This document shows, in pieces, positions 19,526-29,582 of a stretch of 64,000 nucleotides of DNA (position 1 is the first letter of the stretch; the number at the start of each line of letters is the position of its first letter). The notes under the pieces are model-generated. The model had not been told where the DNA came from. It made no database searches and was given only the letters and a program-made list of their open reading frames with translations. The position numbers were made by a program, and so were the translations under genes. Location of the stretch: assembly GCA_965214095.1 (NCBI GenBank), contig OZ243938.1, positions 64,001-128,000 of the forward strand. Reading direction: 5' to 3'. The DNA is from Candidatus Poribacteria bacterium. Lineage in GTDB: Bacteria > Poribacteria > WGA-4E > WGA-3G.

Positions 19526-21565
19526 TTATTCCACTTCAGTTTCAACTGTTTCTTCAGTTTCAACCACAATAGGTAATACTTCGATTTCAATCACTGTATC
19601 TCCAGTCACAATAAAACGGGGAACAATCAATGCTGTACCTGTAATCGGGATCGGACGTGGTGTTGGAACCAAGTCCTCCATCATTTCTTCTTCATCAATT
19701 ACATCAATTATTTCTTCGTCTTCGGGTGGCGTTTCACCATTTTCGGGTGGCGTTTCACCATTTTCGGGTGGCAGTTCGCCATCTCCTGGTATTATACCAT
19801 CAGTTATACCGTCAATTAAAATTGCGAAAAACTCTCCGAAAAATCCTTCAAATAATTCTTCAATTGAACCTTCTTCTGGTTCAACTTCATCTTCTACCAA
19901 TGTTGCAAGAGTAGCCAACACCAATCCCTTATCAAACTGTAAATCATGGAGTTGTGCAATCAGTTGGTCTAAATTCTCTGGTGACGGAGCAAATGGATTT
20001 CCGAATGGATTAAATCCATATTCATTCGCAGCAGCCATTGAAATTTCTGCTGGTCCAGGAATGAAATGCTCTGGTATATATAGTTGAACTTCTCTATACA
20101 TTTTACGGCTCTGTCCTGCAGCAGTCCAGTGCGGTAACATTTCAAGAACGAATGTTGCAACTTCACCTTGCTTAACTTCACCAACTACATGTATGTCAGT
20201 AATTTCAGTGTGAAGAATGAAAGGTAGATCAGCCATAGAGATGTGGATTTCATCAATAGTTGCTCTACCAGCACCATTAGCAAATAAGTGTGTAAATGAT
20301 TGAACGATGACTTCCATATTTGCTAATACTGCTTCAAACGGATCGGTTGTAATTGTACGGAAAGATTCTCTATAGACTTCATCTGTTTCTTTGAAACTTA
20401 TTGCTACGTTTGCTTCAATAGTTCCAGGACTAACTTCCATTCGAATAGCGTCGAGTGTAGTAGCTGCAACAATTGAAATAAACTCTTCTTGTCCGTAAGC
20501 AACCTTATGTTTCTTGACAATGGGTTCTGCGCTGTTCACTGGCGAATATGAGACTGTAACTGGTATCATAGGTGCTAATTTACCAAGTTCACCAACAATA
20601 CCTGGTCTCAAGTCTTTAGTAATCGTTCCAATCGGGTTACCATAGGCAGTAGCTGACTTGTATGCTATACGTGTATTTGGAACAATTCCATCTACGACTG
20701 CTCTATAAACTGGTAATGAAACTTGTCCATCAAGGAACATGTCATGTCCAAATGCAACGAAGCTGTCTCCATAAACTTGTGTAACAGTTCCAAATCCCAT
20801 TGCATTAACAACATCTCCAACAACGAGTCCAACACCGATCATATCTCCAGCGGATAGATTTTTGGGTGCATTCGCCGGAGGGGCACCAGGGGCACCACCG
20901 ACACGTGAAAATATTTCAACATTGCTGTAACGTGGGTCGGATAGGTGCGATGACAAACTTTGTAACCTATTTTCACCAAGTCCAGTAATAGTTATTGGAG
21001 TTTCCACTGCAGTGTAAGTTGAATTTACGACTGCCCCAGGGGCAGCGGGAAGTGGACCGATGAATTCTCCGAATGGAATATGATCTAATGTGCCTTCCAT
21101 TGCATCAATCGGTGTTACCCAGAACCGATGTGGCGCGGCTGCCCAGGTATCACCATAAGCAAGTGCTCCGAATACACGACCTGACGTTCCTACTGGACTT
21201 CCTGACATACCTTGTGCAAGACCACCCATTGCTGTAACTGCTTCATCAGTTAACACACATTCATAGAGTGGAAATCCGAATCCACCAAATGATTGGACTC
21301 TTCGGAATTCAGCTTCAACTATGACTTTACTTGTGCCTTCAATTGCAGTGATGATTTCAATTGGTGTTTTGGTTGCAAGTCTACGGACTTCATCTTCATA
21401 CATACTTTCGAGTTCTACTTCACCAACAATTGGTGCAGCAGTTGAACCCTCTGTTGCATCAATTACAGCAGGATTCTCAATCTGTGCTTGTTCTTCATCA
21501 GATGAACAAGCCATCTGGAAGAGGATTAACATCGCAATTCCTGCTAAAACAAAAAAACGTTTCAC
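19526..21565 (-). CDS. Lipoprotein with SpoIVB/S55 peptidase domain and acidic low-complexity C-terminus
   Basis: Lipobox-like MAC; AQGMSGSPV and FVAFGH motifs. Confidence 0.75.
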   Translation of the reverse strand: MKRFFVLAGIAMLILFQMACSSDEEQAQIENPAVIDATEGSTAAPIVGEVELESMYEDEVRRLATKTPIEIITAIEGTSKVIVEAEFRRVQSFGGFGFPLYECVLTDEAVTAMGGLAQGMSGSPVGTSGRVFGALAYGDTWAAAPHRFWVTPIDAMEGTLDHIPFGEFIGPLPAAPGAVVNSTYTAVETPITITGLGENRLQSLSSHLSDPRYSNVEIFSRVGGAPGAPPANAPKNLSAGDMIGVGLVVGDVVNAMGFGTVTQVYGDSFVAFGHDMFLDGQVSLPVYRAVVDGIVPNTRIAYKSATAYGNPIGTITKDLRPGIVGELGKLAPMIPVTVSYSPVNSAEPIVKKHKVAYGQEEFISIVAATTLDAIRMEVSPGTIEANVAISFKETDEVYRESFRTITTDPFEAVLANMEVIVQSFTHLFANGAGRATIDEIHISMADLPFILHTEITDIHVVGEVKQGEVATFVLEMLPHWTAAGQSRKMYREVQLYIPEHFIPGPAEISMAAANEYGFNPFGNPFAPSPENLDQLIAQLHDLQFDKGLVLATLATLVEDEVEPEEGSIEELFEGFFGEFFAILIDGITDGIIPGDGELPPENGETPPENGETPPEDEEIIDVIDEEEMMEDLVPTPRPIPITGTALIVPRFIVTGDTVIEIEVLPIVVETEETVETEVE
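19721..19772. repeat. In-frame 21-bp tandem repeat (~2.5 copies, PPENGET)
   Basis: TTCGGGTGGCGTTTCACCATT repeated. Confidence 0.8.
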
Positions 21566-21765
21566 TATTTTTCTCCTTAGAGATTTCTCTCTGTATTACA
21601 GAATTAAATTAATGATATTATTGAATAATTGTTGTTATTTACAAAATTATATGTTGTATCCCAATGTAGTCAGAATATCAAAAATTTTTATAATATCACA
21701 TCAAAATTATACCCTACAAAAACTGGTTTTTGCAAGGTTTGCTATGGCATATTGTTATTTCAATT

Positions 21766-22530
21766 TTACCATGCTACCCAACCACCATCAACTGCAATGG
21801 TTTGTCCAGTAACCCAATTTGCAGCATCTGATGCTAAGAATAGGACAGCCCCAACAACTTCATCAACCTCGCCAACGCGTCCCATCGGAATACGACGGAC
21901 GACATCTTCATAGAATTCTTTGCGTTGCAGCAACACATCTGCCAACGGTGTTCGAGTGAAAGCTGGTGCTACTGCGTTGACAGTAACATTGTGTGGTGCC
22001 CATTCTACTGCTAGACCTTTTGTTAATAGGACTACACCTCCTTTACTACCAGAATATGCTACACGCAACGGTCCCCCAACTAATCCCATAGTTGAGGATA
22101 TATTGATTATTTTTCCACTTTCACGTTCAATCATCGGTTTGACAAGTGTTTGTGTCAAAAAGAATAACCCTTTGAGGTTTAGGTCGTAAATTGCATCCCA
22201 ATCTTCTTCAGTCAGTTCCAGAGCTGGTTTCGGACGATTTGTGCCTGCATTATTAACAAGGACATCAACTCTTCCCCAGACATCCAATGCAGTTTTAGCA
22301 CCCTCTTCTACTTCTTTCATATCACTCACATCAAACACAACAGATTCTGCTTCACCACCATTAGCACGGATTTCATCCGCAACTTCATCAAGGTCAGATT
22401 TAGTTCGACTGTTCAAGATGACCTTTGCCCCCATCTGCGCAGCAGCAAGGGCGATTCCTCTACCAATACCTTTGCCAGAACCGGTAATTAACATCACTTT
22501 ATCATTCAATTCAAATCCGGGAAATGCCAT
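21766..22530 (-). CDS. SDR-family oxidoreductase (gluconate 5-dehydrogenase/KduD-like)
   Basis: TGSGKGIG, NNAG, YSGSK and VDGG motifs. Confidence 0.9.
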   Translation of the reverse strand: MAFPGFELNDKVMLITGSGKGIGRGIALAAAQMGAKVILNSRTKSDLDEVADEIRANGGEAESVVFDVSDMKEVEEGAKTALDVWGRVDVLVNNAGTNRPKPALELTEEDWDAIYDLNLKGLFFLTQTLVKPMIERESGKIINISSTMGLVGGPLRVAYSGSKGGVVLLTKGLAVEWAPHNVTVNAVAPAFTRTPLADVLLQRKEFYEDVVRRIPMGRVGEVDEVVGAVLFLASDAANWVTGQTIAVDGGWVAW

Positions 22531-22606
22531 AAAATACCTCCAACTTTCTATTCTGTTTGCGTACTCAAATATCTCTAAGATACAATTCCATACAGAATAA
22601 ATACTC

Positions 22607-23449
22607 TTAGCTGCTTATCTGCCTACTGGCTAAAGTCATTGTATTCTGTAATAACATTGCGCGTGTCAATGGACCAACTCCTCCTGGTACTGGTGTAATA
22701 TAACCGGCAATCTCTTTGACTTCATCAAATTTGACATCACCTATTAGACGCTCGCCAATCGAATTTATACCAACATCAATAACGATCGCATCTCTTTTTA
22801 CCATATCACCTGTGATAAATTCCGCGTGCCCAACAGCAGCAACAAGGATATCTGCTTGACGAGAGATCTCTGCAAGATTCTTTGTTCGTGAATGACAGTA
22901 TGTAACGGTGGCATTTCGATTTAGAAGCATTATACCGATGGGTTTCCCTACAAGATGACTCCGACCAACACAGACAGCATGTTTCCCTTCAATCTGTCTA
23001 CCTGTCTTTTCGATCAGATGTATTATTCCCGTTGGTGTGCATGGTGTAATACATTCTCTATTGATGAAAAGGTTACCTAAATTGAACGGAGTTAATCCAT
23101 CAGCATCCTTATCTGGTGAGATTGCATCTATGATAGTCTGTTCATCAAGAGTATCCGGTAAGGGCATTTGTACTAAGATACCGTGAATGTCCTTCCGCTG
23201 ATTTAACGCTTCTACTTTTTCAATTAGAGCATTTTGTGTTATGTTGGGTGGAAGTCGGTGTACTTCAGAATGGAAATGTACTTTCTCACAATCGCGCTGC
23301 TTGTGTTTGATATATACGATGGATGCGGGATCATCACCAACCTGCACGACTGCAAGTCCAGGAGTAAAAGGTTTTTTTTTCAATTCCCGCCGTATTTCAC
23401 TACGTATTCGTTGTGCAAGACGGGTTCCATTAAGGATTTCTGCTGACAA
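22607..23449 (-). CDS. folD: Bifunctional methylenetetrahydrofolate dehydrogenase/cyclohydrolase
   Basis: HGILVQMPLP, PCTP, GRSHLVGKP and TPVPGGVGP motifs. Confidence 0.95.
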   Translation of the reverse strand: MSAEILNGTRLAQRIRSEIRRELKKKPFTPGLAVVQVGDDPASIVYIKHKQRDCEKVHFHSEVHRLPPNITQNALIEKVEALNQRKDIHGILVQMPLPDTLDEQTIIDAISPDKDADGLTPFNLGNLFINRECITPCTPTGIIHLIEKTGRQIEGKHAVCVGRSHLVGKPIGIMLLNRNATVTYCHSRTKNLAEISRQADILVAAVGHAEFITGDMVKRDAIVIDVGINSIGERLIGDVKFDEVKEIAGYITPVPGGVGPLTRAMLLQNTMTLASRQISS

Positions 23450-23604
23450 GTACCAATTCCTCCAAGATGAAAATCCACTATCTCAATTCAATCAGTGCGG
23501 TCTTTTCTATATATTCATGATTATCACGAAATCTATAGAGTCCTCAATTATTATATCAATTTACCATCATTCTGTCTATATGAAAATATATCATCGCACA
23601 GTAT

Positions 23605-25605
23605 TTATTCAGTCTTTATACGTTTTTGTCGTTCTTGTAAAAATTCTATGACATCATCCGAACTTTGAAATCCGATATTTCTTGCCTCATCAACAACCAT
23701 CTGTTTCTGAATATGATTGTTTGTAATAATCATCTCCGCTTGCTGATAATATTCTAACGCCTGTTCCTTATTTCCACTTTCCTGATGCATAACAGCCAAG
23801 TAAATCAGGGCTGCTGCTAAACGCGGAGAATCAGTACGGGTCTTGATGAACTCTTCAAAAGCGAACCGAGCATCAGTATATCGTTGATCTTCAAAATGCA
23901 CCCTACCAATCCGAAATTGTGCTTTGTCAGCATAACTGTCCTTGTATCCACCAGATAGATAAATTTCTCTCTCAGGATATGCGATTGTTGTCTGATATGC
24001 TTTTATGGCTTCATCATACCGTTGCAGTTTTCTAAATATTTCTCCTACCTGAAATGTTGCCATCATCGCCTGTAAGGTGTTTGGGTATTTCTTAGTGATA
24101 GTATTGAATGAATTGATGGCTGAATTTGGCTTTTCCAGTATATCCGTATAGATTATACTTATACGGTAGAGTGCCTCAGCTGCATAAGGTGATTGCCCGT
24201 GTTCCTTTACTACTTTATTGTATGCCTCAACGGCTTTAGAATAATTAAGGAGCTCACGTTCATAGATGGTTGCAATTTGTAGTTGAGACCTCGCCATTTC
24301 GGCAGCATTTATTCTATCGTTTGATATATGGACTTGAAGGTTTTCTATTGCAGCGAGATGTTTTAGAGACGATAGTTGAGTCGCAACCTTTTTTGAGTAT
24401 TGTGTATTCGGATATGTTACAATCAGATTTTTAGCAATAGTTAATACTTCATTATATCTGCCTTCAGTCATTAACTCTTCCAGTTTTTCATATTCATGCT
24501 TCGGAATTAAATTTGAAAGCGTCTTGATCTTTTGAGTCAGCAATTCCGTTACTTCAGACAAACTCTTATCATACATTGCAATTTGTCCATAGTAGACTGG
24601 ATCAAGTTCTGGTAGGTAGATATTAATAAAGATATTAAGTGTTTTATGTGCTTCGGTGTAATTCTGTGTTTGTTCATGGCAGATGCCAGTCCAATAATAT
24701 ACGGCATGTAAATTCCAGAAGTTTGGATATTTCTCTGTAATTGTTGAGTATACATCGATCGCGTTTTGATATTCTAAGTTCTCACGATGTAGATTACCGA
24801 TATGAAACAGTGCCTCAGCAGCAAAGTTTGTCGTTGGATAATTTTTGACCACTTTTTTGTATGCATCAATCGCTAATGCAAATTGATGAAGGACTGTATG
24901 TCTGATATGTGCAATTCGCCATTGTGATTCTGCTGCCAATTGTTCGTAGGGATGGCTATGTAGCAGTGTTTGATAGGCAGTAATTGCAAGTTCAGGTTGA
25001 TTAAGTTGTGAATGAGATCGGTACAGTTCTGCAATCTGAAATTGTGCTACCGCAGCTAAATGAGTGCCTTTATAGGTCTTAATTACATCTTCCTGATTCT
25101 CTAAGTTTTTTAAGGCATTTTCTATATCTCGGATTCTTCGCAAACCTATCTCATGCACAAAATGTGTTTCTGGTGCCATGCCAACAAGAGCCTGAAAATA
25201 TTGGACAGCCCGATCGTAATTCCCCATACGACTATACACATCTCCGACCTTAATGTATGCAAGATATATTTCAGCAATCGGTATCCCTTTGTCTTTCAAC
25301 CCTAATATCCTCTCATAAGCCTTGAGTGCTTCAGGATATTGCTGTGTATAGGTATAGTATAACTCACCAAGTTGGTGGTAGGACTGACTGCGTGTGTCAA
25401 CATCGGTTGATGTTTTTAAGTGTATTTTCAATTGCGCAACTGCTTCGGGATACCTACGTTCTTTTATTAGAGAGGTAATGTCGTCCTGCTGCGCAAAAGA
25501 TGATAAAACAAACGGCAACATCAACAAGTATATACATGTATATATGATGACGGATAGGAAGGATACTTTCAATTTTCCCACGATATTCCTTAATGTTAGA
25601 GGCAA
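23605..25605 (-). CDS. Exported multi-TPR protein (BamD/CpoB-like repeats)
   Basis: N-terminal hydrophobic segment; many 'AI.AY..VV..YP....AA.A.F.IG' TPR units. Confidence 0.8.
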   Translation of the reverse strand: MPLTLRNIVGKLKVSFLSVIIYTCIYLLMLPFVLSSFAQQDDITSLIKERRYPEAVAQLKIHLKTSTDVDTRSQSYHQLGELYYTYTQQYPEALKAYERILGLKDKGIPIAEIYLAYIKVGDVYSRMGNYDRAVQYFQALVGMAPETHFVHEIGLRRIRDIENALKNLENQEDVIKTYKGTHLAAVAQFQIAELYRSHSQLNQPELAITAYQTLLHSHPYEQLAAESQWRIAHIRHTVLHQFALAIDAYKKVVKNYPTTNFAAEALFHIGNLHRENLEYQNAIDVYSTITEKYPNFWNLHAVYYWTGICHEQTQNYTEAHKTLNIFINIYLPELDPVYYGQIAMYDKSLSEVTELLTQKIKTLSNLIPKHEYEKLEELMTEGRYNEVLTIAKNLIVTYPNTQYSKKVATQLSSLKHLAAIENLQVHISNDRINAAEMARSQLQIATIYERELLNYSKAVEAYNKVVKEHGQSPYAAEALYRISIIYTDILEKPNSAINSFNTITKKYPNTLQAMMATFQVGEIFRKLQRYDEAIKAYQTTIAYPEREIYLSGGYKDSYADKAQFRIGRVHFEDQRYTDARFAFEEFIKTRTDSPRLAAALIYLAVMHQESGNKEQALEYYQQAEMIITNNHIQKQMVVDEARNIGFQSSDDVIEFLQERQKRIKTE

Positions 25606-25620
25606 AATGATAACTGATGA

Positions 25621-26235
25621 TTAGAACTCAGAATTAACACTTTTTAGTTGATTGTCGGCAATATTTACCCAATCTGTTCCTTGGGCTTGGTCTTTAACTC
25701 GATTGAGTTGACTCACTGTATCCCACGTATCAGATTGACGAAGATGTTTTTTACGTAACACATCTTCCAAACTTCGTTGAATATCTTGATGTCTATATTG
25801 CTCAATACGTGCATCAGCTGAATTTATTCGTTCCATATCTAAAGTCGGAGGCCTGAACGGATTACCAACAAAAAACGCAACTGCTATTGCAGCAACAGTA
25901 AAAATACAGATACTGGCCACCTTCTGTTGCTGCATTACTATCATGATATTTGAAAAATAGTTAGATATACGTGTAAGTAGCGATGTTTTTTCCGGTGGAG
26001 CGTCCGCAAGACGTTTGTAGAGTTTCATCTCAAGATCGCGAGGAGCAATAGCATACGGTAGAAATTCGTTCTCGGCATCATCAACAAGGTGAAGCACACG
26101 ACTATAGGAATACACCATTCTGGTACACTTGTTGCATGTGGTCAGGTGATGCTCAAAATCATAAGATTCTGAGTGTTCTAACTCACCATAGACATAATCT
26201 ATGACCTGTGCTTCAGATATTTTACATTTAGGCAT
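25621..26235 (-). CDS. Zinc-finger anti-sigma factor (zf-HC2) with TM helix
   Basis: HLTTCNKC (HxxxCxxC), a central TM segment, and position directly after the ECF sigma gene. Confidence 0.85.
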   Translation of the reverse strand: MPKCKISEAQVIDYVYGELEHSESYDFEHHLTTCNKCTRMVYSYSRVLHLVDDAENEFLPYAIAPRDLEMKLYKRLADAPPEKTSLLTRISNYFSNIMIVMQQQKVASICIFTVAAIAVAFFVGNPFRPPTLDMERINSADARIEQYRHQDIQRSLEDVLRKKHLRQSDTWDTVSQLNRVKDQAQGTDWVNIADNQLKSVNSEF

Positions 26236-26246
26236 TAACTTCCCCC

Positions 26247-26828
26247 CTATATTTCATTATTCTCTAATAGTGGTCGTAATATGGTCTGTAATTTTTTAAT
26301 CGCACGGTGTAAATGAATCTTGACTGTACCTTCAGCCATTCCGAGTGTTTCAGCTACTTCCTTAATCTGCAAACCTTCATACCGTGCCAACATAAATACA
26401 GATTTTTGCTTTGCTGAGAGTTCATCAACAGCTTCTCTTATTATACGTCCTCGTTCTTTGTCTTCAAGATTCTTTTCAGGATTACTCGCAATGTCTGTCG
26501 CAACTAACCTATTTTCTATTACCTCTTCATCTTCCAACATGTAAACAGGCTGTCGAGATTTTGCCCGGTGGTAATCAATTGAGAGATTTGAGGCTATTGT
26601 ATATAGCCAAGTGGAAAACTTTGCCTTTGGCTCCCATTTACCAAGTGCACGATATGCTTTGAAGAATACTTCAAGCGTTAACTCTTCGGCATCTTCGTAA
26701 TTTCGGACAGAACGAAGAAGATATCCGAATATTCTACGTTCATAACGTTTCATTAATTCATCAAAAGCTTTCTGACTACCTGATTTGAACTGTGCTACCA
26801 ACATTTCATCGTCAATCATTTTGTCCAT
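26247..26828 (-). CDS. ECF RNA polymerase sigma factor
   Basis: DAEELTLEVF, FSTWLYTIASN and EVAETLGMAEGTVKIHLHRA motifs. Confidence 0.93.
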   Translation of the reverse strand: MDKMIDDEMLVAQFKSGSQKAFDELMKRYERRIFGYLLRSVRNYEDAEELTLEVFFKAYRALGKWEPKAKFSTWLYTIASNLSIDYHRAKSRQPVYMLEDEEVIENRLVATDIASNPEKNLEDKERGRIIREAVDELSAKQKSVFMLARYEGLQIKEVAETLGMAEGTVKIHLHRAIKKLQTILRPLLENNEI

Positions 26829-27074
26829 AATATTTGCCAGACTTTCATGTAGTTTTTGAACAACTTAACCATTTAACGCAAATAAGTTTCGTTAAGTTTA
26901 CAGGATTTATTTTTTTGTGTCAAAAATTGTGTTCCATCATACAATAATTACTTAGTAATATCAGACGTTCAATAAGATCTCATGCATTTTTGGTGGAAAT
27001 GTGTCAAATTTAGTGGAATATGCACAGCAAATTAGGTAAAATAATGAATGTAAAATCAAACGGAGGTATTTTAG

Positions 27075-28097
27075 GTGGCAAACGAAAATTCAAAACCGAT
27101 TGTAATTCCAGCATCAGAAACGGCTGAACGTATGACGCTTGCAGCGTCGAATTTCTTAGATGTACTATCCCCCGCAATGCGCGAAAAAACAAATCTTCCA
27201 TTTGAAGGGAACGAACGTTTTCGATGGCATTACATTCCCATTGAGATGTGGGAACGACAGGGAGTATCTTTAAAAGAACTTAATGCCAAGCAACAGGATG
27301 CAGCATTTGCACTTATGGAAAGTGGGTTGAGTCCTGATGGATATAAAAAAGCACGGGCAATAATCAATTTGGAGACAATACTCGGAGAAATAGAGAAAAC
27401 AGACGGTGATGGAAGACTTGAACGAAATCCTGAATTCTACTATTTCACCATATTTGGCGATCCGACAGGCAACGGTGCGTGGGGATGGCGCGCTGAAGGT
27501 CATCATGTCTCTCTCAACTTTACGGTGGTCAACAGAGAATTGATTTCACCAAATCCATTCTTTTTCGGGTCAAATCCAGCAGAGGTACCAGATGGAGAAA
27601 ACAAAGGTTTACGGGTACTCTATGCTGAGGAAGACCTTGCCCGACAACTCTTAACAAGCTTAACACCGTATCAAAAAACAATTGCGGTTATAGAAGCAGA
27701 TGCCCCATCTGATATTCTGACTCGCAATGCACCCAAAGTAGAATTTGATGCAGTTGAAGGTCTATCGGTTGAAACCATGCAAACGCATCAGCGCGATCTC
27801 TTGATACAGGTTGTGCATGAATATATAGATAGACTACCAGGGGAAATTGCAGCTATTGAGAGACGAAAACTACGCGAAAGCAGCGTAAACGACATACATT
27901 TTGCTTGGGCAGGTGGCGAAGAACGTAGGATGCCGCACTATTACCGTATTCACGGACCATTCTTCTTCGTAGAATATGATAACACGCAGAACAATGCTAA
28001 TCATATTCATTCTGTGTGGAGACACATAGAGGACGATTTTGGGGTTGATCTACTTCGGTTGCATTACAACAAAAGTGATCATCATGATCATTCGTAG
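27075..28097 (+). CDS. DUF3500-family protein
   Basis: WGWRAEGHHVSLN, YYRIHGP and NHIHSVWR motifs. Confidence 0.8.
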   Translation: MANENSKPIVIPASETAERMTLAASNFLDVLSPAMREKTNLPFEGNERFRWHYIPIEMWERQGVSLKELNAKQQDAAFALMESGLSPDGYKKARAIINLETILGEIEKTDGDGRLERNPEFYYFTIFGDPTGNGAWGWRAEGHHVSLNFTVVNRELISPNPFFFGSNPAEVPDGENKGLRVLYAEEDLARQLLTSLTPYQKTIAVIEADAPSDILTRNAPKVEFDAVEGLSVETMQTHQRDLLIQVVHEYIDRLPGEIAAIERRKLRESSVNDIHFAWAGGEERRMPHYYRIHGPFFFVEYDNTQNNANHIHSVWRHIEDDFGVDLLRLHYNKSDHHDHS

Positions 28098-28116
28098 CAA
28101 AGACTGTACATTAGAA

Positions 28117-28139
28117 AAGCCGCCAAAGTTGGCGGCTTT
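28117..28139. terminator. Bidirectional terminator hairpin
   Basis: AAGCCGCCAA / TTGGCGGCTT inverted repeat. Confidence 0.65.
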
Positions 28140-28173
28140 CCAAATTTGCTAGAGATTACTGAAGATTGTTTTG

Positions 28174-28224
28174 CTAGATTGTTTTTTCTCCTGCGGATTG
28201 AAGTATTTCATTGATCAACCTATT
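28174..28224 (-). pseudogene. Probable C-terminal remnant of a DUF3368 PIN-like gene
   Basis: Reads NRLINEILQSAGEKTI*, overlapping the end of the UPF0175 gene; resembles DUF3368 C-termini. Confidence 0.45.
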
Positions 28225-28499
28225 TGTTGCAACAGAGTTTTACTATTTTCCAACTCAATTTGGATTTCTTCATCATCAAATTCAGCTATGGGAATACCAT
28301 GCTGATTTAACAACTGAATAAAATCCCACAGATGTAATTCAGCTAATTTAGCAGCTTGTCCCAAAGACAGGGCATTTCGCTTGAACAGAGAAACAGCCAA
28401 CAAGTGTCTTACCTCTTCGGTTAATTTCTCACGATTGTATCCCGATAAAGAAAGGGGTGTTGATAGTTCACTGGGAACATCCAACTTAATTGAAAACAT
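28215..28499 (-). CDS. UPF0175-family protein (putative antitoxin)
   Basis: LAVSLF...LSLGQAAKLAEL...F...L...GIP motif. Confidence 0.8.
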   Translation of the reverse strand: MFSIKLDVPSELSTPLSLSGYNREKLTEEVRHLLAVSLFKRNALSLGQAAKLAELHLWDFIQLLNQHGIPIAEFDDEEIQIELENSKTLLQQIG

Positions 28500-28507
28500 A
28501 TTAATAC

Positions 28508-28539
28508 CGTTATAGTGGTTCAATCGAACCACTATAACG
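28508..28539. promoter_or_regulatory. Perfect 14-bp palindrome (terminator of the upstream gene or an operator)
   Basis: CGTTATAGTGGTTC-AATC-GAACCACTATAACG, just upstream of the UPF0175 ATG. Confidence 0.5.
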
Positions 28540-28571
28540 TTCCATTAATTATAATGAATAAGTCTAACATG

Positions 28572-29417
28572 TTAGTGTACAGACTTAATTCTACCCCAAG
28601 TAGATGCCAATTTGCCTTCTGGTTCAACAGGGGTAACATTATCAGCACTTAAAACCACAAGACCTGTCTTTTCAGGATTTTTATTGTGAACAACAGTATG
28701 CGGATTCCACCCACTCCAACCTTTTTGACCAGGAGCGTTTTCATCTCCATCATTCACGCAGATTCCTAAACCAATTTCAAGACCTGCAGAAAGTGATATA
28801 TCCAGACCAAAATTAGCTGGCGTAAACCTGAATTCATAGCTGGTTGTCTTGGAATCCTCGTCTCTGGTAATAGCAACATCATCCCCACTGACAAGTCCAG
28901 TTAGACCATTCAACTGTTCATTATGTAAGAGAAGATCACCATTCTCGGCTAATGCAACATTATAGAGAAAGAAAGGCTGACCAGATTCCCGAATACCACT
29001 TGGAACAACGTTGAGTTGTACGCTATCACCGTTCCACGCTGCACCACCATTTTGATGCTCGTCATCTGTGACGCTTAAGGCAAGATAAACATTATCTTCA
29101 TCCCACACGATCATAAAACAAGTTGTGTGATCGTCGGGACCATCCCAAGTACCACCTTGATGGGCTTCCCAGACTTTAACTACACCGCCTTGTCCTTCAA
29201 ATTCGACGCCACAGAATGTTGAGCCATCAGTGCCTGTGACAGAATCCATGACACCGCTCCATTCGTCAAGATTGCCATCAATTTCAACATCAACACCTGT
29301 TGGTGCATTGTATACATCGTGTGTTGGACTACGCCACTGTGCATCAGCAACGCCGATTCCGATTAACATAATTGCTACGAATATAGCAGTAAATTTAAAC
29401 ACATACTTTTTCATCAA
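28572..29417 (-). CDS. Secreted CBM9/DOMON-like sugar-binding protein with TWG C-terminal tail
   Basis: Signal peptide; IDGNLDEW, WDEDNVYLALSVTDD, GDSVQ, VNDGD; ends VEPEGKLASTWGRIKSVH. Confidence 0.75.
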   Translation of the reverse strand: MMKKYVFKFTAIFVAIMLIGIGVADAQWRSPTHDVYNAPTGVDVEIDGNLDEWSGVMDSVTGTDGSTFCGVEFEGQGGVVKVWEAHQGGTWDGPDDHTTCFMIVWDEDNVYLALSVTDDEHQNGGAAWNGDSVQLNVVPSGIRESGQPFFLYNVALAENGDLLLHNEQLNGLTGLVSGDDVAITRDEDSKTTSYEFRFTPANFGLDISLSAGLEIGLGICVNDGDENAPGQKGWSGWNPHTVVHNKNPEKTGLVVLSADNVTPVEPEGKLASTWGRIKSVH

Positions 29418-29530
29418 AAATTACCTCGTATTAGTATTAATTATCCACATTTATGTGTGGAAATTCTAATTTACAACAATGATGTTGTAATGTATTTTAA
29501 AATGGTAGCAAGGTGCTACCATTGAATTTC

Positions 29531-29553
29531 GTAGCGGATGTTACATCCGCTAC
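29531..29553. repeat. GTAG REP-like palindrome
   Basis: GTAGCGGATG-TTA-CATCCGCTAC. Confidence 0.6.
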
Positions 29554-29582
29554 TCAAAGTTTAATGTTAGTGATATTAAACT

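Noticed and set aside
19721-19772. Short direct repeats as a possible CRISPR array
   Set aside because: Contiguous in-frame 21-bp coding repeats with no spacers; no cas genes in the window.
19491-20087. Ser-rich 198-aa plus-strand ORF
   Set aside because: Antisense shadow of the Glu-rich C-terminus of the S55 protein.
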